Part shown: piece after piece, positions 9,028 through 19,356 of the stretch
Layout of the letters: each line of letters opens with the position of its first letter
How positions within the stretch are numbered: the stretch's first letter is position 1
Assembly (NCBI GenBank): GCA_031425655.1
Contig: JANPJS010000312.1
Span: forward strand, 25,062 to 89,061
From: Abditibacteriaceae bacterium
GTDB lineage: Bacteria; Armatimonadota; Abditibacteriia; Abditibacteriales; Abditibacteriaceae
Reading direction: 5' to 3'
Length of the DNA stretch: 64,000 nt
Made by a program: the position numbers and the translations under genes
The notes under the pieces: generated by a model
Told to the model about the DNA's origin: nothing
Database searches by the model: none
What the model saw: the letters and a program-made list of their open reading frames with translations, nothing else

Positions 9028-10686
9028 CTACGCATCCGAGCGGCTATCCGTGTCAGATTTGAGGTAGAAAATTCCGGTGCGTGTGCCGATCCACAGGCCT
9101 TCGGGCACGACGCAGAGCGCTTGTGCTTCGGGTTCGAGCCACGGCGCGCGTTCGCGCATCGGCTGCAACTTGCCTTTGGCATCGCGGTGCCAGACGCCTT
9201 TTCGCGTGGCGACGTAAAGTCCGCCCGCGCCGTCGCTATCCAACGCCGTGACGCATTCGCCGCCAAATTCCGGCGCGACTTGCCATTTGAGGCCGTCCCA
9301 ACGCGCCAGACCGCCGACGAAGGTGCCCGCGAAAATTTCGGTGCCGACTTTGGCAAGGCAGGTAATCCAATCGTCGGGCAAACCCAGACGCTCGTCGTGC
9401 CAGCGGATTTTTCCGGTGGCGCGCTCGATTTCGGCGATGCCCCGGCTTTGCGTGGCGAACCATAACGTGTCGCCGTCGGGCAAAAGCGCCATTGGCGGGA
9501 TGCCTTGCAGCGCCGGTAAATTCAAGAAATGCTGCCAAACTCTCCCGTTCCATTCGCTCCAGCCGCCCCATTGTCCGGCAAAAAGGCGCTCGCGGTCGGC
9601 GGCGATAGCTAAAGCCTTTTGGCGGGGCAGCGTGGCGAAGACGTTTTTGTGCCAAGCCGAACCGTCGAAGCTATCTATCTGCCCGCCGCCGTGCCGCACG
9701 AACAGCGTGTTTTGGAACGGCACCATTTGGCGCGGCGCGTTGGACGACAAAGTTTCGGCGTTTGCGTGACGCCAGCCGGCACCGGTGCGAACCGACAGGC
9801 CATCCTCCAAAGTGCTGACGAAAAGCGCGCCTTTGAAAACGAGCATCGCCTGTGCGTTGTGAGCGAACGGCTCGTCGGGTTGCAGATTCTGACGCCATGA
9901 TTCGCCCTCGCGCCGCCAGATTCCCGCGCGGCGTGTGCCCACCCATTGCGGCGTTTTGTCGCCGGCCAATGCGGTGATTTCGCGCGCCTCGTCGGGCACT
10001 TGCAACGAAGCCGGTGCCGGATTCCACTTTTTGCCGTCGGTCAGCCACAGGCCGTCGCCAAAGAGCGCGGCGCATACGTCACGCTCGCGCGGTAGCAGCG
10101 CCGAAACGTGTGTCCCGACTCCGCCCGGCAAGGCCAAAATTTGCACCTGCGCGCTGTCCGAATCGCGTTGCTTTTGTGACGGCGCGGCTTCGCGCGGCGG
10201 CGTGTCAAAGCGTAATCCTGAAAACGTGGCTTCAATCGGAGCGCCGCGCCACAACGCGCTCGCCGTGACGCGCGGCACGCTGCTGCCCGGTTTTGCCGCG
10301 TTTTTGCCCGGCGCGATGGGCGTCCAACGCTCTCCATCGAAAATCGCCTCGCCGCGCGGCGTTTGTGCAACGACCAAGCCGGTTGCGTCCTTGCGAAAGG
10401 CGCGGATTTCGTGGCACGGCAAGCCATCGCGCGTCGTGAATTTGCGCCACGCGCCATCGTTCGTGCGCAACAACAGGCCGCCGCCGGTTGCGGCCCACAG
10501 TGCATCGCCGTCAAGGAATAAAGAAGTCACTTCGCCGGTGCTGCTGAAAACCCGGTCGGCGGCGGGCGGCGGAGCAGGCGAGTAGAGCGGCGCCAGCGCG
10601 CCCCGGCACGACCAGTCTTGCAAAAGCATCGCGCCAAAAAGGGCGACAGGCGCCGCGCGGCGCAGAAGAAAAGTGTTACGGTTCAT
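9028..10686 (-). CDS. Exported beta-propeller protein (two-component-regulator propeller-like repeats)
   Basis: Repeated LW-x-AT-x-x-G, GLP-x-x-x-I and W-x-G-x-x-W blades; hydrophobic N-terminus. Confidence 0.6.
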   Translation of the reverse strand: MNRNTFLLRRAAPVALFGAMLLQDWSCRGALAPLYSPAPPPAADRVFSSTGEVTSLFLDGDALWAATGGGLLLRTNDGAWRKFTTRDGLPCHEIRAFRKDATGLVVAQTPRGEAIFDGERWTPIAPGKNAAKPGSSVPRVTASALWRGAPIEATFSGLRFDTPPREAAPSQKQRDSDSAQVQILALPGGVGTHVSALLPRERDVCAALFGDGLWLTDGKKWNPAPASLQVPDEAREITALAGDKTPQWVGTRRAGIWRREGESWRQNLQPDEPFAHNAQAMLVFKGALFVSTLEDGLSVRTGAGWRHANAETLSSNAPRQMVPFQNTLFVRHGGGQIDSFDGSAWHKNVFATLPRQKALAIAADRERLFAGQWGGWSEWNGRVWQHFLNLPALQGIPPMALLPDGDTLWFATQSRGIAEIERATGKIRWHDERLGLPDDWITCLAKVGTEIFAGTFVGGLARWDGLKWQVAPEFGGECVTALDSDGAGGLYVATRKGVWHRDAKGKLQPMRERAPWLEPEAQALCVVPEGLWIGTRTGIFYLKSDTDSRSDA

Positions 10687-10687
10687 T

Positions 10688-13219
10688 TTATTGCTCCATA
10701 TCCACCGTCACGCTGGTGCGGTTGTGGGCGCGGTCGGTGACGATGTAAGTCACGCTGGCCGCGCGATTGAGGAAGGCGGCGGGCACTTCGGCGAGGGCGA
10801 AAAAGCCATTAGCGTGCTGCGTTGAAGGCGCGAGTTCGATTTTCTCGCCCCACGGGAGCAGCGCGGCAACGCGAGCCGTTTCGTCATCGCCGGCCCATTC
10901 GAGGCGAAGACGCGGCGCGGCGTTTATCGCCAGATTTGCCTTCCCGCTACCCTGCGGCGCCGTCATATCCACGCAGTAGCGCAACTTCAGCGTGCGCCGC
11001 TTGCCGTCTTTGTCCACGATGATGACCGTGATGGTGTAATCGCCTTCGGCGGCGTAAGTCGGAATGTCGAAGCGCGCTTCCCAACGCTTGTTTTGCGCGT
11101 TGAAAACCAGCGTTTTGATCTCGCCGTCCGGCAGCAGCGCGACAATTTGCCGCGCATCCGGCGATGCTGCGATGCTAATCAGCGGGTCGCCCTGACGCAT
11201 GAAATACTCATGCGCGTTGATTTCCGGTTGGTTGGCGTCCACACGCCATTTTTCCCATTGCAGGAATTCCTGTGCGCCGGTGCCCGATTTGGACGCCAGC
11301 GAAGTCAATTCTTCGCGCCATGCAGCGATGCGCGTGGCATCCGGTGCGGCCCGTTTTTCTGCCGTCAGGATACGATGGGCCAGAACGTGCGCTCGCGCGT
11401 GGTAGGCTTGTTGAGGCCGCCAATTGACTCGCCAGTAATCCCATCGCGCTCGCTTGTTCGCGGCGTTAAGTTGATCGAATTTCTTCTGCAATTGCTGCGC
11501 GGTCGCAGCGTTCTGCCGTCCGGCGACGATTTCCTCGCTCAGACGATTGGCTACGGTTTCCAATTCTGCGCGGTCAGCTTGTGCTTGTGCGCGCAGAATA
11601 TAATCTCGCGGCTTTTGGTTCATTTCGCCCGTCAGACGGCGCAGTTGGAGATCGAGGGCGGTCAATCGTTTGCGATTCGGTTTGGCGGCTCGCTTTTCCT
11701 GCACGATTGAGGCGGCGATTTCGTTGGCTGCCCCACCAAATAAAGCACGCGCATTTGTTTGCAAATAGCCCTTTGCGGCAAGCCCTGTGGCCCGCGAAAG
11801 GCGCTCTAATTCGCGCCGAAGCTCGTGTGTGCGTCGGCGATTGGCTGCGGCGTGGCGTTCGCGCACCAGAGCCGTCGCAACTTCGTTCAAGCGCCCGGTA
11901 AGGTGTTCCCGCAAAGCCTGCTGCGGATCGTAACCGGCGGTGCGGCAGGCTTGATCCAACTGCTTTTTCAGGCGGCGTCCGCTCTGGCTGTTTGCGCGGT
12001 TTTGAGACACGGCCAATGCCAATTGGCGGCTAAAAAACTGCACGTCCGCCCACGCCTGCTCGGTTCGATAACGTTGCATTTCCGACTGCGGCACCGCCAG
12101 CCACGAAGCGTATTTGCTCGGCAGTGTGAAGCGATAACTGAGATCAACGACGTGTTCGATGGTGGCAGGCGTGTTGGCCTCCGTCAATTGCGCGATGCGC
12201 CGGGATGCCCACAGCTTGGTCGCAAGATTGTTGTCCTCGCGCGTCTTGCCGAAAATTGCGCTTTGGCGCGCACTCCATTTACCGGATGGCGCCCAGCCCG
12301 ACACAGTGAAAGTCGCCGCGCCGCTGCCTTTATAACGCCCGCAAACGATGACTTCGCGTCCCGCCTGCAAATCCGGCAAACGGGCCGGCAAAACATCATA
12401 AACGCGCACGCCGCTGATGCTTAACGCTGGTCGCCGCAGCGACTGGCCGGCGGTTAATGCCAGAGCGAAGAACCCATCCGGCCCGCCGGACGGCGCCGCG
12501 TAAAGCGCCGCCCGAAGCGATTGCCTTTTGCGAATCAGAGTGACGCGCAGGTTCTGCGGCGCGCGATAATTGGCCTGTGACAAATTCAGATGGAAGCCGT
12601 CGTCCTCACTCGTCACCGGCAAACTGTAGTTGTTCGCCACTTTCTCAATGCTCGCGTCTGGCTTAACCGACACACTGAAATTCAAGGTATCAAGCGTGCC
12701 TTTTCCAGCTTCTTCGGACATCAGAGGGAATTCATAAAAAGCGCCATCCTGAGAAGAACGCAGAGCTTGCGCCAGATGAATTTCCACGCGCAGGTCGGCG
12801 TTTGGCTCGATGGGAAAAATGCGGGCGCGCAGCGTGTCTTTGCCGACCATTTCAACCAGAGCCGGGTCGCGCTGACGAGGCGGCGCCTTGATGTAATTGT
12901 AAATCTGCGCGGCCCGCTCTTTTTCTACGATGCGCGCCACGACTTTTTCTTCGCCATACCAGTAAGCGAAATATGTGGCCGACGCGCCTTTGGGCAGGGC
13001 GTAAATGAAATCGGCCTCGATGCGCTCGGACGTTTCGTTCTGAAAGGTGTAATTCAAGGTCGTCGCGGCAAATTGGCCGCTGATTTTTACGTCGGCCTTC
13101 AATTCCTTCACGCGCAGCGGCGCGGCGTTTTGCCCGTTGGGTTTCAGCAAAATCTGCGCGTTGCCCGCCGAAGCGCAGAGCGCCAATCCCAAACAACCGA
13201 TCAAGATGCGACGAAACAT
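10688..13219 (-). CDS. Secreted VIT (vault protein inter-alpha-trypsin) domain protein
   Basis: Signal peptide; VIT motifs (TFQN..IEADF..LP, A..IY, RDPALVE, ARIFPI); LPDL-AG-GRY and LWA..RI segments. Confidence 0.8.
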   Translation of the reverse strand: MFRRILIGCLGLALCASAGNAQILLKPNGQNAAPLRVKELKADVKISGQFAATTLNYTFQNETSERIEADFIYALPKGASATYFAYWYGEEKVVARIVEKERAAQIYNYIKAPPRQRDPALVEMVGKDTLRARIFPIEPNADLRVEIHLAQALRSSQDGAFYEFPLMSEEAGKGTLDTLNFSVSVKPDASIEKVANNYSLPVTSEDDGFHLNLSQANYRAPQNLRVTLIRKRQSLRAALYAAPSGGPDGFFALALTAGQSLRRPALSISGVRVYDVLPARLPDLQAGREVIVCGRYKGSGAATFTVSGWAPSGKWSARQSAIFGKTREDNNLATKLWASRRIAQLTEANTPATIEHVVDLSYRFTLPSKYASWLAVPQSEMQRYRTEQAWADVQFFSRQLALAVSQNRANSQSGRRLKKQLDQACRTAGYDPQQALREHLTGRLNEVATALVRERHAAANRRRTHELRRELERLSRATGLAAKGYLQTNARALFGGAANEIAASIVQEKRAAKPNRKRLTALDLQLRRLTGEMNQKPRDYILRAQAQADRAELETVANRLSEEIVAGRQNAATAQQLQKKFDQLNAANKRARWDYWRVNWRPQQAYHARAHVLAHRILTAEKRAAPDATRIAAWREELTSLASKSGTGAQEFLQWEKWRVDANQPEINAHEYFMRQGDPLISIAASPDARQIVALLPDGEIKTLVFNAQNKRWEARFDIPTYAAEGDYTITVIIVDKDGKRRTLKLRYCVDMTAPQGSGKANLAINAAPRLRLEWAGDDETARVAALLPWGEKIELAPSTQHANGFFALAEVPAAFLNRAASVTYIVTDRAHNRTSVTVDMEQ

Positions 13220-13308
13220 AACAACCTCACTATAAAATCAGAGATGTCATCTCTTATACACAACAGAGCGCGCCGCTGCAAGGGAAACTTTGCAGCGGCG
13301 CGAAAAAA

Positions 13309-14430
13309 TTAGCGGCGTAGCTTCGAGCGAATAATGACGACAGGTTCGGCGGGAGTTTCGCCGTTCATTAGGGTTTCGAGCATAGTGAAAAGCGCGGCCA
13401 CAATTTCGGCGGGGTCAACTTCGATGAGCGTCAGGTCGTCTTCGTAGCCGTGCAGCGCCGTCGAGCCTTTGTTCAAGTGCGTGGCGATTTTAATATCCTG
13501 GCCGGGACGAATGCCCAGCCGGGCCAGAGCGACTAAAGCGCCGCGCGCCATCATGTCGTCAAGAATTACGATGCCGTCCGGGCGTGCCGTGCTTTCGCCG
13601 CATAATTCGCTGAGGGCGCGAAAACCTTGTTCCTGATTCGATTCCGACGGATGCGCCGGGATAGCCGCGCTGAGTTCGCTTTCGCGCCACACAAGGGCCG
13701 AATCGTAAGGAATGCCGGCTTTTTTGAGCGCATTTTTGAAGGCGTCAAGTTCGGGAAACGATTTTTCGCCCTCAGCCCGGCCCAATCCGCTGCCCTGTGG
13801 AATCAGGAGCGCAACGCGCCCGCAGCCTTGTGCGGCTAAGGTTTTTACGCCCAATCGCACGGTTTCGGCGTGGTCAATTTTCACGCGCCACGGCGCGAGA
13901 TCGGTGTAAGCCAAAGCCGCCATCGGCACGTCTTGCTTTTGCAGCCAGAGCGCGGCTTCGGGATTTTGCTCGCCGACAAAAAGCACGCCGTGCAGTCGCC
14001 GCGCGCGAATCGCTTCGACTAAATCTTCATGCACCGGCGCGCCGCTGGGCGACGGCACGGCCAGAAACATACTGAAACTTTCCTGACCCGCAGCAGCGCG
14101 GCGGCGCGCTTCTTCGACGAGAAGCGATGCGAAAGGCGAGGTGTTCGGTTGAAAAATATCGCGGTCGTAAACCAGTCCTATGGTTTTCTGTTGCAGCCGC
14201 GACGACACGAAAATCCCGACGCCGTGTTTGCGCGTGATGACGTTTTGCGCTTCGAGTTCGCTCAGCGCGCGGTTGAGCGTGACCACACTGACCTGCAATT
14301 CTTCGCAAAGCTGTTGCATGGTCGGAAGGCGCGCTTCGGGGCCGAGTTGATGCGCCAAATCGGTGAGATACGAGGTCAGGGCTTGGGTTTTGGTGCGATG
14401 GGAGAACGGCGAGAGCTTTGGAGTTGCCAT
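13309..14430 (-). CDS. GntR-family HTH regulator with LacI-type sugar-binding domain
   Basis: RLPT..QLCEELQVS..T...AL..LE....I.RKHGVGIFV; PDGI...DD.MA.GA. Confidence 0.85.
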   Translation of the reverse strand: MATPKLSPFSHRTKTQALTSYLTDLAHQLGPEARLPTMQQLCEELQVSVVTLNRALSELEAQNVITRKHGVGIFVSSRLQQKTIGLVYDRDIFQPNTSPFASLLVEEARRRAAAGQESFSMFLAVPSPSGAPVHEDLVEAIRARRLHGVLFVGEQNPEAALWLQKQDVPMAALAYTDLAPWRVKIDHAETVRLGVKTLAAQGCGRVALLIPQGSGLGRAEGEKSFPELDAFKNALKKAGIPYDSALVWRESELSAAIPAHPSESNQEQGFRALSELCGESTARPDGIVILDDMMARGALVALARLGIRPGQDIKIATHLNKGSTALHGYEDDLTLIEVDPAEIVAALFTMLETLMNGETPAEPVVIIRSKLRR

Positions 14431-14520
14431 GATGAATTGATGCGCAGTCTATCGCAAGACTGCCTTCCGCTGCATTCATTTCAGCGTATTTCAGTGCATT
14501 GCGTCAAACCTCGCAAGGCT

Positions 14521-14566
14521 AAAGCAAAGGCCGCCGCTCCTATCGGGAGCGACGGCCTTTGCTTTT
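14521..14566. terminator. Intrinsic terminator
   Basis: AAAGCAAAGGCCGCCGCTCC-loop-GGAGCGACGGCCTTTGCTTT downstream of the DUF1559 gene. Confidence 0.65.
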
Positions 14567-14663
14567 GATGCTGGGCAACTACAAATTGAGCGCGAAGTTA
14601 GCGTCGGGGACGCCAATACGGTTGAAATCAAGGCCGGTTTTTGCGCGGCCTTTTCAGCGAAGC

Positions 14664-15389
14664 CTACCGGTAGTTGTTTGCATCGCCGAATACTCCGTCG
14701 GGGGTATAGTCCAATCCAAGGCGCGCCGGCGCCGCGAGTGCGGCGGGGCCGGCGTTTGTGCCGCCGGTGCCGTTGCCGGTGGTGCCAACGCTTTTAGCCC
14801 ACTTGACGTGACCATCGCCAAAGGCGTAATTGGCGCCTTCCAAATGTCGGTCGGCTATGATGTGACCAGCCTGATCGTCTGTGCTGTTGGCGTCTCCGGC
14901 ATTGGCGTAGCGCCCGACCATGTTGGTCGTGTTCATGGAGAAAATCAGGCACTGAGTGGCAGTGCTGGTGCCTCTGGCGTCAATGACTGTAGGCGATAGC
15001 GCGGCAAAAGGTATGTCTGCTAAAGCGCGGCCAGCGTTTCCACCAAAACCTAAGTTATAGGTATAAGAGAGCGTTCTTCCACCGGTGTTGCTGGGGCAAA
15101 CGAGCACCTGCCTACTCTTGATGTAAGGCTGAATAAGCTGGTGCCAGGCAAAGTGTGGCGACGGGTTGCCGCCGGTGCGAATCGGAACGGACAACTCGTC
15201 GTAATCTTGCGAATACTGAAGCATACCGAGGCCGATTTGCTTGAGATTGTTGGCGCAAGATGACTTGCGCGCATTTTCGCGCGCTCTTGCGAAAACCGGG
15301 AACAAAATCGCGGCGAGCAGCGCGATGATTGCTATGACAACCAGCAGTTCGATCAGCGTGAAGGCGCGGCGTTTGGGATACGAATTCAT
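14664..15389 (-). CDS. DUF1559 prepilin-type N-methylation protein with H-X9-DG motif
   Basis: [49 protein letters not shown]. Confidence 0.92.
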   Translation of the reverse strand: MNSYPKRRAFTLIELLVVIAIIALLAAILFPVFARARENARKSSCANNLKQIGLGMLQYSQDYDELSVPIRTGGNPSPHFAWHQLIQPYIKSRQVLVCPSNTGGRTLSYTYNLGFGGNAGRALADIPFAALSPTVIDARGTSTATQCLIFSMNTTNMVGRYANAGDANSTDDQAGHIIADRHLEGANYAFGDGHVKWAKSVGTTGNGTGGTNAGPAALAAPARLGLDYTPDGVFGDANNYR

Positions 15390-15540
15390 GAGAAAACCTC
15401 TTCGAAATTGGATGTTTAATAGGATAACCAGATTACAGGATAATTAAACACGCTTTAAGTAAAATAGCGATCAAGTGCGCCGAAGGTCACCGTAAACGCG
15501 GAGCAGCAAAACGGGGCGCGCCAGAACAATCACGCCGAAT

Positions 15541-15570
15541 AAAACCGCCCCGAAAGTTCGGGGCGGTTTT
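15541..15570. terminator. Intrinsic terminator
   Basis: AAAACCGCCCCGAA-AG-TTCGGGGCGGTTTT. Confidence 0.75.
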
Positions 15571-15596
15571 ATTGTGGCTGTAACCGAGCCTCTCGT

Positions 15597-16436
15597 TTAG
15601 CCCACGCCGCGGCAAATGCCACCGAGCGCAACGTCGCAGTTGGTAGCAGGGATGGTCGTATTTGCATTCCCGTCTCCCACAGTGCCGTCGGTGTCGTAGT
15701 CAATGCCTCGGCTGGCCGGGCCTCGGCGGAATTCACCGGTATAATTGCCCATGCCTCCGAAACCGGGGCCGGCGTAGTTATCATCCACGTAATGAAGCCA
15801 TTTGACATGGCCATCGGCGAAGGCATAGTTGGCGCCGTCTGAATGTTTATCGGCATCAATGGCACCCTCGGTTTCAGCGGCGCCCCCAGTCCATCCGGGC
15901 GAGGCGTTGTGATGGTTCGTGCTGCTGGGGCTAAGTAAATAGCGTCCCACCACAACTTTTCCGGGCGTGCTGGAAGGGCAAAAAAAGGCAAGCGACTGGT
16001 CGGGCTGATTGGCCATGCCGTTGGCGTCAATAAAAAGGGGCGTCTGGCTGGTTTTTTGTATTTCGGCCAGAGCACGCCCGGCTCCGGCCAGCGAAGCGCT
16101 GTAGGTGTAACTGAGCGTGATATTGCCGGCGCTGCTGGGACATTTGAACAGTTGCGAACTCTTGGCGTAAGGCTGAAGAATGTAGCGCCAGTTGAAATGC
16201 CTGCCGGTGGAGAAGCCGGAACTGGAGTAAGGCAGCGAAGTTTCGTCGTAATCTTGCGTGTATTGCATCCACGCCAGGCTCATTTGCTTGAGGTTGTTCG
16301 CGCAACTGGATTTGCGGGCGTTTTCCCTCGCGCGGGCAAAGACGGGAAACAGAATCGCGGCGAGCAACGCGATTATCGCTATCACGACCAGCAATTCGAT
16401 CAGCGTGAAGGCGCGGCGTTGAACAGAATTTGTCAT
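15597..16436 (-). CDS. DUF1559 prepilin-type N-methylation protein with H-X9-DG motif
   Basis: Same N-terminal motif; [16 protein letters not shown]. Confidence 0.92.
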   Translation of the reverse strand: MTNSVQRRAFTLIELLVVIAIIALLAAILFPVFARARENARKSSCANNLKQMSLAWMQYTQDYDETSLPYSSSGFSTGRHFNWRYILQPYAKSSQLFKCPSSAGNITLSYTYSASLAGAGRALAEIQKTSQTPLFIDANGMANQPDQSLAFFCPSSTPGKVVVGRYLLSPSSTNHHNASPGWTGGAAETEGAIDADKHSDGANYAFADGHVKWLHYVDDNYAGPGFGGMGNYTGEFRRGPASRGIDYDTDGTVGDGNANTTIPATNCDVALGGICRGVG

Positions 16437-16530
16437 GAGTGAACCTCAGAAAGATCAGGCTACTCTTATTATTGCCCATCTTCACATGACCAGAACCGAC
16501 ACTAAGTAATCGTGCCAATATTCTGCGGTG

Positions 16531-16635
16531 ATGTAGGGACGTGATTTATCAAGTCCGCTGCGAAACGTGCTGCGCAATGAAGACGGCCCACGCGCCAGTT
16601 GGTAGGAGCGGACGTGATAAATCATGTCCCTACAT
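16531..16635. repeat. GTAG-type REP doublet (REPIN-like)
   Basis: ATGTAGGGACGTGATTTATCAAGTCCG ... CGGACGTGATAAATCATGTCCCTACAT. Confidence 0.8.
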
Positions 16636-16662
16636 TTTGCCGCTTTGCTTTTTCGTGGTTAC

Positions 16663-17975
16663 CTAAGACATATCGCGGCGAAAAACAGCACCGTGGTCAA
16701 CTTCGCCCACCGTTGTGAAGGAGCCGGCGATGCAAATTGTGTCGTGCGGTGCCGCTAAATCAAGCGCGCGTGTCACTGCCTCGGAGATGGGCACTAAGGT
16801 TTCTACGTCTTCGCAGTGCCGCCGGGCAACGATGGCGAGAAGTTCGGCGGCGGCGCGTGGCGACTGCGATTGCGTGGCGATAACGGTTTTTGCCAGAGGC
16901 GCAAGAAGCTCGGTCATCGCCGCGAAATCTTTATCGGCCAAAATTCCCAGCACTAAAATCAGGTTTTCACGCGGTATTATCAATTCATCGCGCAAAGCGT
17001 GCGCTAAATGCAAAGCGCCGTCGGGATTGTTGCAAACATCGAGAATCACACGCGGATTTTCGCGCACGATTTCCAATCGCCCCGGCACCGTTGCAGAAAC
17101 GAAATTATCGAAAGATGGTGCATGAATCGGCAGGCTATGCTCAGTTTGGAACGCATAAAACGCCGCGAGCGCAGTTTGCCGATTTACGCTCTGAAAACCG
17201 CCGTGGTGAAAATTCGACCGCGAATTTGTAAACGCCAGACACTTTTGGAGATTTTCGGCATCGTTCGACCAAGCGGGAGCTAAAATCGGCCAAAATCGAG
17301 TGCCGCGCGCGTCGCAAAAGGCCTGAAACACGCGCAGAACAGAGTTTTTCGTCTCCGCCGTAACCAAAACGCGGTCGGGGCGAGCGATTTCGACTTTATC
17401 GGCGGCGATGGCTTCGAGCGTATCGCCCAAGCGGTCGCAGTGATCGAGCGCGACGTGCGTAATCACCGAAACCAGTGGATTGGCCACATTCGTCGCGTCC
17501 CAACGCCCGCCTAATCCGACTTCCAAAACTGCGGCGCCCACTTTTTTGCGCGCGAAATGCCAGAGGCCAAGCGCGGTCAGGGCTTCAAACTCCGTCGGTT
17601 GCCCCAATTCGGCGGCGACGGCATCAAGATGCGGCTTCGCATCGTCGAAAAGCGCATCCAATTCTGCATCCGAAATCGCGTCGGGAAAAGGGAGGCCGAC
17701 TTCCGACTTCTGACTTCTGACTTCACAATTCGCAGTCGTTCGTTCCAGCGATACAAATGCGGCGAAGTGTAAAGCCCGATTTCTGCGCCGTCCGCCGCCA
17801 AAAGTTGCGCTAAAAATTCGCAGGTCGAGCCTTTGCCGTTGGTGCCGCCGACTAAAACGTGCGGATAGTTTTGCTGAGGCTGATTGAGGCGCGTCAGAAG
17901 CGCCTGAACACGTTCGAGGCCGGGTTGAATGCCGAAGCGTTGCAGATTTGCGAGATAGTTTTCAAAGCGCGTCAT
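16663..17975 (-). pseudogene. folC: Folylpolyglutamate synthase/dihydrofolate synthase, frameshifted at a heptamer tract (about 17698-17725); may be an assembly artefact
   Basis: N-part has GTNGKGST and YTSPHL; C-part in another frame has TEFE, EVGLGGRWDATN, LDH, PGRLE, DKD, AGS; span 1313 nt is 1 nt short of a codon multiple. Confidence 0.85.
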
Positions 17976-18018
17976 AGATTTTCACAGGGGTATTCAGTTC
18001 TATCTTGGCGGTGCCTAA

Positions 18019-18208
18019 CCCCCGATTAAAATCGAGGTCTACCGCTACAAAGCCGACCTTCGTCGGCTGAACCAAGCAGGGATAGTCCGCGAAGGCGGAC
18101 TTCGTAGCCGTAGACCCCGATTTCAATCGGGGGGCGAGCAGATGATGCCTTAAGTTGATGCCTATGGGGCACGGGACTTCGTAACCATAGACCGCGATTT
18201 AATCGGGG
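18019..18208. repeat. REP/REPIN-like element (same family as 291-406) plus an extra right-hand half
   Basis: CCCCGATTAAAATCGAGGTCTAC ... AGTCCGCGAAGGCGGACT ... GTAGACCCCGATTTCAATCGGGG, then GGACTTCGTAACCATAGACCGCGATTTAATCGGGG. Confidence 0.75.
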
Positions 18209-18297
18209 CCGTATCGCGCCGCACAAGAACGGAATGACCCTGTGGCTTTTCATTTTAGCGATTGCCGATTACGCCTTGCCGCCGCACACTGAAGCGC

Positions 18298-19356
18298 GTG
18301 AACTTATCGGCAATTTTCGACGAAGCTGCCGCGCGGCGCGTGTTTCCCGGCGGCGTTGTCTTCACTGCGCGCGACGACCAAATTCGCGCGCACGAAGCGT
18401 TCGGCACCACGGCCTATGACGCTGCGATTTCCCGTCCTGTCTCGCTCAACACGCTTTACGATGTGGCTTCACTCTCGAAACTCGTCACTCTGACGGCCTT
18501 TCTCGTTGCCAAACGCTCTGCAAATGTCAGCGAAACCGAGCCGCTCGCGCGTTTTTTGCCGGCCTTCGACACCGATGATAAACGCGCCATCACGCTGCGC
18601 CATTTGATGATGCACAGCGCCGGTTTCGGCTTGCATTTACAGCGCTTGCACGGCGAAGAATGCGCGACTTGGATTGAAAAAATCGCTGCGGCGCCTCTCG
18701 AAAACGCTCCCGGCGAAGAAGTGAATTACACCTGCACTGCGTATTTTCTGCTGGCGCGTGTCATCGAAAAATTATGCGGCGAAGCGGCGGATGCCTTTAT
18801 CGAGCGCGAAATTTTTGCGCCGCTGAATTTAAAGCACAGCAGCTTTCAATCCCTTGCGCATTTTTCCTCCGACGAAATCGCACCGACTGAATTGAAAGAT
18901 GATGGCAAACCATGGCACGGCATTGTGCATGATGAAGCCGCGCGACGATGGCAGAGCGAAACCGGCGGCTTTTGCGGCAATGCCGGCCTCTTTTCGACGG
19001 CGGCGGATTTGGCGCGTTTCTGCCGAATGTGGATAAGCGATGGCGAAGATATTTTGCATCCCGACGACGTGCAATCTGCCTTCAACGACACGCGCTTGGA
19101 AAACGATGCGGGCGGCGTTTATCGCGGCTGGGGCTGGCAGTTCGACAACGAAACTCACATGACACGCGATGCGCCGCCGGGAACTGCCGGGCATCAAGGC
19201 TTTACGGGGCCGACGCTGTTTTTGAACCCGCACACGCGCGACATGGTGATCGTCCTCAACAATCGCGTTTATCCGACACGAAACGGCCCGGCGCGCTTTG
19301 TTTATCACCGCCGCATCGCGCACGAGCATTTTTCGAGAGTTGGAGCAATGCCGTAA
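18298..19356 (+). CDS. Serine hydrolase, beta-lactamase/class C-like family
   Basis: ASLSK (SxxK), LRHLMMHSAG, VHD, GNAGLFS, GHQGFTG; start codon uncertain (GTG 18298). Confidence 0.85.
   Translation: MNLSAIFDEAAARRVFPGGVVFTARDDQIRAHEAFGTTAYDAAISRPVSLNTLYDVASLSKLVTLTAFLVAKRSANVSETEPLARFLPAFDTDDKRAITLRHLMMHSAGFGLHLQRLHGEECATWIEKIAAAPLENAPGEEVNYTCTAYFLLARVIEKLCGEAADAFIEREIFAPLNLKHSSFQSLAHFSSDEIAPTELKDDGKPWHGIVHDEAARRWQSETGGFCGNAGLFSTAADLARFCRMWISDGEDILHPDDVQSAFNDTRLENDAGGVYRGWGWQFDNETHMTRDAPPGTAGHQGFTGPTLFLNPHTRDMVIVLNNRVYPTRNGPARFVYHRRIAHEHFSRVGAMP

Noticed and set aside
13250..13262. TCTCTTATACACA, 13 nt matching the Tn5/Nextera mosaic end
   Set aside because: Partial match only, the flanks disagree and neighbouring genes are intact; likely chance.
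13270..13301. Hairpin downstream of the GntR gene as a terminator
   Set aside because: The T-tract is on the wrong side of the stem for the minus-strand transcript.
17683..17695. Programmed -1 ribosomal frameshift in folC at C CTT TTC
   Set aside because: Not a canonical X XXY YYZ site in the needed frame; heptamer copy number explains the shift more simply.
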